A stretch of DNA of 64,000 bases from Phoronis australis (Eukaryota > Animalia > Phoronida): positions 154,641 through 218,640 of the forward strand of contig NMRA01000589.1 of assembly GCA_002633005.1 (NCBI GenBank), written 5' to 3'. Both the position numbers and the translations under genes were made by a program. Below, one piece after another: positions 38,346 to 50,548 of the stretch (the first letter of the stretch is position 1; the number at the start of each line of letters is the position of its first letter). The notes below the pieces were generated by a model. It ran no database searches. It worked only from the letters and a program-made list of their open reading frames with translations, and was not told the origin of the DNA.

Positions 38346-41203
38346 ACCTGGAAACGTTAAGATTACCTGTTATTTTTAAAAGTTGCTTCTTAGCTCAAAC
38401 GTTTGCAATTAGGCGCATGCACTTAATTCGGAAGTAGACATAACTTCACACATAAGTGCATAAATTTAAGCACGTACGTATCAGTTAATGCGCCAACATT
38501 TGAACACCGATATGTCCAAATATGGACCTTGCTTGTGTTTTTTACTGAACATTCATTACGAATTAGTTTTTGAGCAAAATGATTGTACCTCGGGCTCAGG
38601 AGGCTGGTTCTCGAAGAGTCTGTTGTCTTTTGGTTAAAATCAACCTGCAGACTACTTTGCCATTTCCACGAAATCAGGCTAAGGCTAAGCCAGTAAATCT
38701 GTGTTCAACTTGAAGCTGAGATTCAAATCCGTAATCTTCCCGGGAATAGACTCAAAGACAAAGCCAAAAAAAATCAACTTTTGGGTATAGACTAATGGAG
38801 AAATAGACAATAGGCTTGGATTTCCAAGAGTCAATTGCAATCAAGAACTATGCACGCTCTTTGTCTTCGGTAACCCGTATAAGTCTGTCTCAATCTGGGA
38901 GACGGTTGAATGAAGAACTCTGAATGAATCGTTTTGTGGATTTCGAAGTGAACAGTACTTGTCTATGACTTTGAGGTTTCAAATTGTGGGACACTCATGT
39001 TAGAGGTCGATTCTTTTATAAACCAGCATTATGTTTCGTTAAAACAGTAGAGTTAGAAAATGGCAATTTTTCGAAAATTTTTGAATGACAAAACTGGCAA
39101 AGGTAGGACCGGCTGCAGTCTGGTTTTAAGTGACATTATCGACGAGAATTTCTTATTTGAGAACGGTGACAACGTGGATCGAAGTTGAAACTCTAGCAGG
39201 GCAGCCAAACACCCGGCTGGAAGATCTGAATCCCCCTTAGTATTTGGAAGTGTTTTTAAATCTATTTAATTCGATTAAGTCGTCGGCCTCGATTTCAGCG
39301 AATGTCTGGCAGACAACAGCGAGAATGGCGATTTGTAATAAAATCACAAAAACGCAACAGATTTTATTGTTTACCAGTTGTCTGGTTAAAGCTAACTTAA
39401 TAACCTCAAAAATCTTTCTCAATCAACAATTGCGTTTTTGGGTTGTTAGAACGACAATGTCTCACGAATGCACATCATCCTGCAAGCGAAAACAATCTGC
39501 ATAGTAAATGTGAGTTCAACTAGGGCATTAAACTTTTAAGTTAAAACCATGCACGTACAAACTTGGGTGTCACTCTCTGCTTCGCTATGCTGGTAATGAA
39601 TACTCTCTTTTCCACTCTACTGATCTACACAAAACAAAGCGTTCAGGTATATCGAAGATACCCAAAGGACTACATTGAGACATCTCGATACGGCTGAAAT
39701 TGTAATACACATCCCGGACATTTCTAAATTCTACTCTATTCACACTATTCTCAAACCTAGAGACTCAAGGGTCAGTGGAATTGGACGGGTAGTCCATCTC
39801 AGAAACTCCTTTAAGCCAAATATTTACATATTAATTTACATATTTTAATATGTAAGAATTTGGCTTAAAGGAGTTAAATGTTTTTGCATGTAAACTGAAA
39901 TAAAACGCACGGATAGTATGACAATATACATTGGCAAGACGTTTCGAGCGGTCATTTCTTTGGTCATTTTCAGGATTAAAACATCCTTAGAAGAACGAGC
40001 TCGGGTATGTTTTAAACTCATGCTAGTCAGTGACGAGCACGTTCCGGAAACGGAATGCATTAACTACCGATTCACACAGTGTCGCTCATTCGATAAAATT
40101 CGTCATTTTCCGTACGACGTTGTAACGTACACAGATAAGTCGCTATACATTAAGCAGCAATTAACACGCTACGTCACACGGAAATGGACGAACTGTGTAT
40201 CGAATGAGCGTATTCTTGTTGTAACGCCAAACACCGCAAAAGTACTTTGTGTAATTTCTCTATGAGCTGAACACGGCATCATTTTTGTTTATAAATCCAT
40301 CACATTCAAGCCGACATTTACTGTACAATATAGTCCACAAATTTGCCACTAGTTTCCCGACTGTACAAGATGTTCACCTTTTCTCACATCTTAGAAGTGG
40401 AAAAAGGAAGTTTGGCTTCACCTTTAGTGCAGTCTTCACCAGATTATAATTGCTGTTCTTATAGTTATACACCAATGCATTGAAAGAATTACAAAAACGC
40501 CTAACACGTTTGAACAAAGTTCGATTGATCGGAGAGTCAGTCATGATTTTGTAAAGTCATTACTCTGCGGAGTGAAAGGGTTTTTGTAAGGTATGACATA
40601 ACCACAAGCTGGTTCAAAACGACCAGTCACTAGATGTCAGTGCTTTCTTCATTCGCCACCGGATGGTACTTGATTTACTTTTTATAAAACTGTTATTTGC
40701 TTTCAGCTCATTAATTTCTAGACTTGCGCTTTGAAGAATCATAGAGAAAAATGGCGAAAATTCTCTTTTAATATTTTATACATTTAGACGATGGTTGACA
40801 CCAACGAATTTTTTATGCATCCACACAAACAGAATTGGTTGCATCACAGTCAATAAACATCCACATAAACGTATGTAGCTGCCTATCGCCATCAACTCCG
40901 TCTAGCGCCTGACGTCGACTTCTCCAACACTGTTAGTAGGGTTTTCACGAACACACAGGTGTTTTCCTTTTAACGACATCTCGGCGAATGCTGTCAATTT
41001 TCAGACGTTGCATCTCAATGGGTGCACGTCATTGTTGGGTCAACCAGCTAACAACATCTGATTGATTATTACAAAGGGAGTTACACTAGGTGGCCAAATT
41101 AAGACAACCTGTCTAACTGCATTACAAAAACAAATATAAGCACCTCTTACAGTAGGCCTACACCGTTTGCGCACATCGACGCTCAGCGTTACTTTTATTT
41201 TAG

Positions 41204-44200
41204 CCGTGCACAGTAATGAAGCAGACACCAGATGCTCAGAGGGCAAAGAAAAACTTCACTTCAATTTAGATGAAGACAGATGTGCTCAGCTCAAGTCCAT
41301 AGCGAAGGCACTAGGATGTCATGTCATCGACGTTTTCGTGGCGTTTGTCTACGCAATTCTCGTACGTTACGAAGGAGCCGAAAAGTCGTCTTCTGTCGAA
41401 GTTGGCTTTGCAACTCCAAATGAAGATCAAACCTCAGAGACCACTCTATTCCTCTCAGACGAATTCCTGCAATTCACGGACATTCAGTTACCTACTGACA
41501 CACAAGGGGATGTTGCTAGCTTAATACAGTCATTCAAGACCAGCTTGGGAAAAGTAGTCAACGCTGTCTCACCATACAAGACATCTTTGCCTAACATTCT
41601 TATTGGTTTTAACTTCCCACGGGAATTTGAGAAGCATGTGGCGCTAGACAGGTTTGCAGTGCGGCTACAAGCAAACAGGTTTAAGAACAAAGACACAAAC
41701 CTTGATACGTACAGATGCACGCTTGTATACAGTGGTGAAGGCAAAAGTGCTGGCCTCCTGAAAATGTTCGAAGGGCACCTCCTTACGCTTGTTCAAGAGG
41801 TCATTGTATCACGAGAAGTCGGCAAACAAATGAATCTCTTTAGCTTACCAATGCTAACTCCAAGCGAAAAGAGTTTTCAGGATCATTACAATGACACCAA
41901 CAGAAAGTATTCTGAAGGCAAATTACTGATGCATGAACTATTTGAGAAGAAGGTGAAGATGTCCCAGGACGCAGTTGCTGTTAAATGTGAAAACGAAAGT
42001 CTTACATATGCAGAGCTTGATCAACTCTCAGATAGTCTAGCTGAACAGATATTGTCAACGGCAGGCGACAACTTGAGCAATCGCGTGGTTGGCATAAGCG
42101 TTGACGCCTCAGTCCAAATGGTTGTTGGTCTCTATGCCATAATGAAGGCAGGATTGGCTTACGTACCTTTAGACCCAAGCTACCCCGAGGATCGTCTGAG
42201 CTATATGATTGAAAACTCCGAAGCGTCATTGATTCTTGCAAAGACAGACATGACAGACAAACTTAAGAAGTTTTCAGCGAACGTCTTGTGTTTAGATGAT
42301 ATGCTCAACCAAGTAGAATTTGACCCAAACCACAACGTCATCAAGAGAAATAAGAAGGTTGACGTCAGACCAGACGACTTAGCTTACATCATCTACACAT
42401 CAGGGTCAACGGGAAAACCCAAAGGGGTAATGATAAGCCACAGAAATGCAGTCAATACAATTCTGGACATAAACGACAGATACAACATTACTGCCAAAGA
42501 TAAGTTACTCCTTGTTGCATCTTTAAGTTTCGACTTATCGGTATATGACATATTTGGTATTTTAGCAGCTGGTGGGACCCTAGTCATCCCTGTCCCAGAA
42601 ATTCGCGGTGTCCCGGATCCCGCCTGTTGGATAAAAACTATGAAGCAAGAGAGCGTCACGTTCTGGGACTCTGCTCCAGCAGTATTAAGCCTTCTGGTAG
42701 AGTATCTTCACTCAGAGGGGGACGTCTTACCTCAATCATTACGTCTTGTAATACTAAGTGGTGATCGCATACCCCTAATGCTGCCTTCTCACTTGCAAGA
42801 AATGGTGCCAAACGTACAGGTTATGAGCCAGGGGGGAGCAACCGAAGGTTCTATTTGGTCAATTTACTACCCAGTCAAAACAGTTAACCCTGCTTGGACA
42901 ACCATACCCTACGGCATGCCATTGACAAATCAGAAGTATTATGTTTTAGATGAGTTCCTGAACCCTGCACCTACCTTAGTGACTGGCGAGCTTTACATCG
43001 GTGGTCTCGGAGTAGCAATGGGATACATGAATAACGAAAAAGTCACCAGCTACCGTTTCCTCCCTAGTCCATTTAAAGACGGCGGACGCATTTACAAAAC
43101 GGGAGACTTAGGTCGATTTCACCCTGAGGGGTACATCGAGTTCTGTGGTCGCATTGACAACCAAGTAAAGATCCGAGGATTTAGAGTCGAGCTATCGGAA
43201 ATTGAATCCGCCTTGATTAACCAAGACGGTGTGGACGATGCCCTAGTCATGAAGGTTCAGGAAAAGCTTGTTGCTTACGTCATACACGACCAACATGCTA
43301 AACTAAACGCGACAGACCTTCAAAAGCATATTAGCGAAACCCTGCCAACATACATGGTGCCAGCATACATAGTTATCATGGATTCATTTCCGGTTACCGT
43401 GAACGGTAAAGTTAACCGAAAAAAATTACCTCCCGCGGAATCAACGAGCCACAGAACCGAAGGCACAGGACCACCAGACGAGACTGCCCAATCATCAGAG
43501 CTAAAACTTTCAAACAACGAACAAGCCATCGCATCTGTTTGGTGCGAACTACTGAACACCGACATCCAGTCAATAAAACCAAGATCGTCCTTCTATGAAG
43601 TTGGTGGAGATTCCATATCCGCCATGACTATAGTGACGCAGTTGAAAAAGAAAGGCTTGAGCTTGACTGTCCAACAACTTCTAAGTCAACCAACTCTAGA
43701 ACAATTGGCATTAGTAGCCAAACCCATCAAGAAGCGAGTGGGAACAAAACAACACGAAAGAGAGGCGTCATCACCAAACGTGGAACTGACTCCAGCACAG
43801 GTTTGGTTCTTTGAGCAGGAGTTTGACAACATCAATTTCTGGAACCAGTCTTTTCTCATGATACCAAAAGTTAGATTGGAAAAAGAAAAATTGTCAAATG
43901 CTGTCCATGGTCTTGTCTCAAAACACGAAATGCTGAGGTGTAAATTCACCAAAGATCATCTTGGAAAATGGAAACAGACAATAGGAAATGAAGTTTCCTT
44001 TGTTTTTGAAAATGAAGATATATCAATAGACTTACTTAACACTAATATTGACAAGCTTAGACGGTCACTTGACATTTCCAAAGGTATCCTTATTGCAGTT
44101 GGGCTATTTGAAATCGATGGAGAACAGAAAATCTTTGTCACTGTTCACCATCTTGTAGTTGATTTGGTATCGTGGCGCATAATTCTAGAAGACATCGAGT

Positions 44201-47200
44201 TTCTTTACACAGACTCCGCAACACAAGACACGACACTTTCATTTCAGCGATGGTCTTCACATCTTCAACAAAAAGCCATAAACTGTCGTAATATTAATAT
44301 GGATGACAAGTTTTGTCTATTGCACTGCGACTTCGACAGCGGTATTGTCCCACGAGCTAGTTCCAGAAGCGTTCTCTCAACTAAGCTACCTCATGACATC
44401 ACTGCCCAACTGACGACCACTGCGAACGATGCTTTCAGAACCACTACCGTCGACCTCCTCTTGACGACACTGATGCTGTCGTACAACCACTGTCTTGGAA
44501 AATCGGCCCTCCACATTGACGTGGAAGCTCATGGGCGTGAACCCTTAGATGCAGACATAGACATATCTCGTACACTCGGCTGGTTCATGACAATGTTTCC
44601 TCTAAAGCTTGAAGTCACACGAGAGCAATCGACAGAGGCAACACTTGAAAGCACAATTAAACGTACAAAAGAAGCGATCAGAAAAATTCCGCACAAAGGA
44701 ATTACATTCTGGTTATTGAAATATTTGAAGTCGCTCGACAGCATCAGCTTTCCATCGTCAGACGTCTTGTTCAACTACTACGGGAGGTTTGACCAGATAC
44801 AAACAAGAAGTGATTTCTGGGACATGGATCCGAGTTATAGCTCTGGCGAAGATGAATTTGATGAAAGCGAAAAGCTAACTCATAAGCTAGTTGTTGAATG
44901 TTACATAAAAGATGAGCTTCTTCATCTTAAAATGTTCTACAGTACCGACTTCCACAAACCTAACACCATTCAAATTTGGCTACAGAAATGGAAAGAGTCG
45001 TTGCTAAAGACTGCTCGACACTGCGCACAAAATGGAGTGCAAGGATACACCCCATCAGACTTCCCGCTTTTGAGCCTGTCACAGGGACACTTGGACTATC
45101 TCTTGGCTACAAGATTAGCGCAGCTTGATCTGAAAGCCGAGCAGATTTCGGATATGTATCCCTGTACACCAATGCAAGAAGGTTTCTTGTTCAGTCTGTT
45201 ACAAGATCCGTCATCATATCTCATTCAACGGTCTTGCACGGTGAACGGTGATCTCGATCAAAATCAGCTTCACCAGTGTGTGGCAAAGGTCATCCAGCGA
45301 CATGATGCACTGAGGACAAGGTTTTTCGTCGATAGACTCAATGGGTGCATGCAAATTGTTCGAAAAACACATGACACAACCTGGGCAGTCGAAGATTTGT
45401 CAAATGTCACGGAGTCTCAGGCGGAGGAAAGAGAGCAGCAGTATTTGAGTCAGGATCGCAAAAGAGGATTCAGCATGTCTGAGTCAATGATTCGATTCTG
45501 TCTCTTTGTCCTGACAAAGAGTAAACATCGACTCATTATGACCGTGCACCACAGTTTGTTAGACGGTATGTCCTGTTCCATTTTGTTGCAAGAAGTTGTC
45601 CAAGCCTGCAACAATTCGGCTTTACCGGAAGCGCCAAAATACAGAGAGTTTGTCCAAGAGGTTATGGTCTCGAGGCAGAGTGCCTACACATCAGAGGGAT
45701 TTTGGAAGGAAGAGATGCAGGACCTCCCTTTCCTTGGGAACCTTCGCATGCTGTCCCCAGTCACACCTCTTCGAGGTCACGAAGTAATCCTGGAATCATT
45801 TGACGTAGTTCCAAACTTTTCAGCATACACTGAACAACACGAGATATCGCCTGCTGCGATACTGTGTGCTGCATGGGCGTTCATCATCAATAAGTACTCT
45901 TGTGATCCAAATGACGTCATATTTGGGCTCATAGTGTCTGGGCGAAGTTCATCAAATATCGACCAAATTAATAAGATGGTTGGTCTAACTATTAACACTC
46001 TCCCGATGCGGGTTAAAATTCAAGATCACCACGTCACCGAATGGGTAAAGTATGTACAACGAAAAATTGCATCCATTACAGCTCAAGAAAAATCGTTCAC
46101 GACTGATATTCAAAAGTGGTGTGGTCTAAACCCAGACGATAAGTTATTCGAAACCGCTATTTCTTACCAAACGGCCCACACAGAAGTTGACCAGACTCCA
46201 CACGGCATTAGTATAACTGATGTTTATGACCACGAATATACAGAATATCCCCTGACTTTAGACATTTTAAATACGGGTACGTCTTTTCAAGTGAAAGCGA
46301 TTTACGATACCAAAATTATTGACGTTCTAGCACTGAAACAGATGTTGATGCAGTGGAAACAAGTCATCGGTGCCATAGTTAAGTCCGGCAATAGCTATAA
46401 AGTGTGCGATCTAAATATGCTCTCTAACGAAGAAAACACGATCGTTCGAGAATTCAATACTCCAAATGAATTCGACATAACCTTTGGTCATGTGAAAGGT
46501 GTTCATCAGCTGTTTGAAGACAAGATGAAGTTTTTACCAGCCAGTCATAAAGCTATTGAATCAAGACTCGGTTCTCTGACTTATGAGGAAGTCAACAATG
46601 CCGCAAATTTCATTGCTTCTCAACTGCGTGTCCTTGGCGTCAAGCGGGAGAGCAAGGTCGGCTTACTGCTCGATCGCAGTGAATCCATGCCAGTGTGCAT
46701 GCTTGCAGTCTGGAAAGCAGGAGGAGCATTTGTTGCGATTGAAGACTCGCTTCCCAGCGACAGAATCAACTTCATCCTTCAAGACAGTGGATGCACAGTT
46801 GTTGTTAATGCTGCGAACATCCCGTTAGACGACATAGCAGGACGTTTGGCGCAAATCACAGTGAGCAGAAGCGATATTTGCGACTACGCTAGCCGTCATA
46901 GGGAAAACTTAGCGAGCTTAAACGCATGGCAAGACCTTGCATATGTGAGCTACACGTCAGGATCCACTGGACGGCCTAATGGGGTTTTAATTGAACACGG
47001 CGGGATAATTAATCTTTTGCTGTGTAAGCCTGGAGGACTGTTTCAAGTCTCGCAAAAGTCACGAGTCATGCAATTCTTTTCCGCTAGTTCTGACAAGGCT
47101 GTAGGTGAAATATTTGGAACACTTTGCCATGGCGGATGTCTTGTTATCGCCGATGAAAATTTCGCAGAAAGTCTTAAGTCTGTTGACACAGCTACACTTA

Positions 47201-50200
47201 TGCCATCAGGATTTGGAATGCTGGACTTTAACGATTATCCCAATCTTGAACTGATCGTTTCAACCAGCGAACCTTGTACCCAAGTGATGGTTAATTCTTG
47301 GGGGCGAGACCGAATTGTGGAAAATGCTTATGGGACAGCTGAGTGTAGCATTTTTACCAATGTTGGCCGCCTTTTGCCGCACAAAAGAATAACCGTAGGA
47401 AAGCCTTTGCCAAACACAAAGAGTTACGTCCTTGATAAAAATCTGAGCTTATTACCAGTGAACGTAACAGGACATCTTTACATCGGGGGAGTTGCCGTTG
47501 CACGAGGTTACCACAATAGACCAGATTTAACTGACAGTGCCTTCATTGAAAATCCTTTCGACAATGGATACTTCTATAAGACAGGCGATTTAGCTAGGTG
47601 GCTGGACACGGGAGAGATCGAAATAATTGGTCGTCAAGACAGCCAGGTACACTTACGAGGAAAAAGAATTGAGTTGATGGAAATAAGATCTGCACTCGAA
47701 CAACTCCCAGAGGTAAAACAAGCACACGTTGTATTGCAAGACAAGCAGTATATAATTGCTTACGTGGTAGCGTCAGCTGAATGCGACATCATTGATAGGC
47801 TCAAAAGGCAACTGCCTAGTTTCATGGTGCCAACATCAGTTATTTCCGTGGATTTTCTCCCGTTGACATCGGGAAATAAGATTGATGACGCTGCTCTTCC
47901 CAAGTTCACTCCCAAGCCATCTCATGATGACTCTCGAACGCCACTCAATGACTTGGAATTTCTGACTTTGAAAGCATACAAAGAAGTTATAGATCCCAAC
48001 TTCACTATGGACGACGATTTCTTCAGTCTCGGCGGTCATTCACTTCTCGCGATAACATTGAAAACTGTTTTGGTTGAGAGTCTTGGATATGAGATTTCTA
48101 TGACGGACATCATGCGATACACAACACCTGCAGAACTTGCAGATCAACTGGGTAGAAGGATGTTAGCTCCACGGAAACTCCAAACATCTACCAGACTTAT
48201 TCCAAAATCCTGTCCATCGGATGAAGCTGTTATTAAAGAACGAACTTCCTTTCATCAAGAACAAATGTGCTTGTTGTACGAAGTGATACAGGACAGCCCA
48301 GTGTACAACGTGTCGCTCATTTTGACTTTCCGTGGTCAGCTGAACGTTGAGTCTTTGAAACAGTCACTCATCGCGGTAACTCAAAACCATCACTCATTCA
48401 GAACAGCTTTTGAAATTGCAGAAGACAAATTCGTGCAAGTAGTGAGACCGGTGAACGAGACAGCATTTGACTTTGAATACCATGAAGGTGAGCACAGCGA
48501 AGCCGAAACGAGAGAGATCATCTACACAGAGGCATCCAAACCGTTTAACTTGTATAAGCTTCCACTAGCAAGATTCCGATTGGTGGAACTCAATGCACAA
48601 GAACACAGAATGCTACTCTTGATGCATCATGCAGTAACAGACGGTGCTTCACTGAAGATCATTGTGGATGAAATGTCCGAACGTTACCACTGTTTGTCAG
48701 AAAATCTTAATTATAACGTACCTCCCCAAACCCTGGAATATATTGACTACAGCATCTGGGAGAGAAGTGTCCTAGAGACCGAAACCTTTGAAGCTCAACT
48801 TTCTTTCTGGAAACGCCAGTTGGAATACGCTCCTTCGTTACTGGATTTACCGTTGGACAGACCCCGCCCAGCAGTTCCGTCATACGACGGTGCGTCGGTG
48901 TTCTTTTCTATTCCAGAAAGTGTGACAAACAANTGTTAGCTCCACGGAAACTCCAAACATCTACCAGACTAATTCCAAAATCCTGTCCATCGGATGAAGC
49001 TGTTATTAAAGAACGAACTTCTTTTCATCAAGAACAAATGTGCTTGTTATACGAAGTGATACAGGACAGCCCAGTGTACAACGTGTCGCTCATTTTGACT
49101 TTCCGTGGTCAGCTGAACGTTGAGTCTTTGAAACAATCACTCATCGCGGTAACTCAAAACCATCACTCATTCAGAACAGCTTTTGAAATTGCAGAAGACA
49201 AATTCGTGCAAGTAGTGAGACCGGTGAACGAGACAGCATTTGACTTTGAATACCATGAAGGTGAGCACAGCGAAGCTGAAGCGAGAGAGATCATCTACAC
49301 AGAGGCATCCAAACCGTTTAACTTGTATAAGCTTCCACTAGCAAGATTCCGATTGGTGGAACTCAATGCACAAGAACACAGAATGCTACTCTTGATGCAT
49401 CATGCAGTAACAGACGGTGCTTCACTGAAGATCATTGTGGATGAAATGTCCGAACGTTACCACTGTTTGTCAGAAAATCTTAATTATAACGTACCTCCCC
49501 AAACCCTGGAATATATTGACTACAGCATCTGGGAGAGAAGTGTCCTAGAGACCGAAACCTTTGAAGCTCAACTTTCTTTCTGGAAACGCCAGTTGGAATA
49601 CGCTCCTTCGTTACTGGATTTACCGTTGGACAGACCCCGCCCAGCAGTTCCGTCATACGACGGTGCGTCGGTGTTCTTTTCTATTCCAGAAAGTGTGACA
49701 AACAAGCTGATGAGCTTGACATATAAGTTCGGGGGAACGATGTTTACAGCACTTCTTACGGTATATGCACTCTTGATACGCATATACTGCCAAGCAGACG
49801 ACATTGCACTGGGAGCGTTTGTTTCCGGAAGACACAACCAAGGTACAGAGAATATCGTGGGTTATTTTGTGAACACCCTCCCTCTTAGAGTTAAGTTTAA
49901 CAAGAAACAAACGTTCAACGATATGCTCATTATGATTAAAGACCTTATGCTGGATGTTCTAAACAACCAGGACGTGCCTTTTCAAAAAATCTTAGAAGCA
50001 CTCAGCATCCCACGTGACACAGCCTACCACCCAATCATTCAAGCCGCTACGATCTTGCAAGAAGGACTAGCAAGCAGACAAGTTAGTAAAGGGTTGAACT
50101 TAAACGTTGACAGTTTCGAACAGTTCACAGCAAAATTTGATTTAAACTTGGAGTATTTACGACATCCGAATGGCCAGATTTCAGGGCAATTTGTTTACAA

Positions 50201-50548
50201 TACTGACGTCTTTAACAAGTCCACTATTGAGCGGATGACTGATCACCTACTCTATTTGTTCGATTTGGTTACAAGAGACTGTGACACTCCAATGAACCAT
50301 CTGTGCATGCTACCTCCCAAAGATTTGGAGCGCATAATGTCTTTCAACACGACTGGAGACTGTACGGACGTTCGCATCCACCGACAGTTTGAAATGAGGG
50401 CAGACGAGTCGCCAGAGGAGATCGCGGTCGAAGAAAAAAGGCGCCATATAACTTATGGTGGACTGAACAAAGCCGCAAATGACTTAGCACGTCAGCTGCG
50501 ATCACTTGAAGTGACCTTTGATGTACCAGTGGCCTTGCTGGGAGAAAG
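41204..50548 (+). CDS. NRPS giant exon: half-C, A1 (~41930-43440), T1 (Ser 43612), E1 (~43780-45070), C2 (~45150-46430), A2 (~46490-47910), T2 (Ser 48040), C3, start of A3
   Basis: ORFs 41167-48939 and 49038-50552; acceptor ttttag at 41203; donor AG|GTAAG at 50549. Confidence 0.9.

Noticed and set aside
38021-38347. ORF with SCIRTYA repeats, or a CRISPR-like array
   Set aside because: Degenerate ~20-bp tandem subrepeats of a foldback element; no unique spacers or cas genes.
39237-39422. Signal-peptide-like minus-strand ORF as first exon of the minus gene
   Set aside because: The sequence recurs inverted at ~58440-58510, so it is a repeat, and it ends in a stop without a donor.
48933-49705. 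NRPS pseudogene or real C-domain duplication
   Set aside because: The single N at the junction and near-identical copies indicate an assembly overlap; no other stops or frameshifts were seen.
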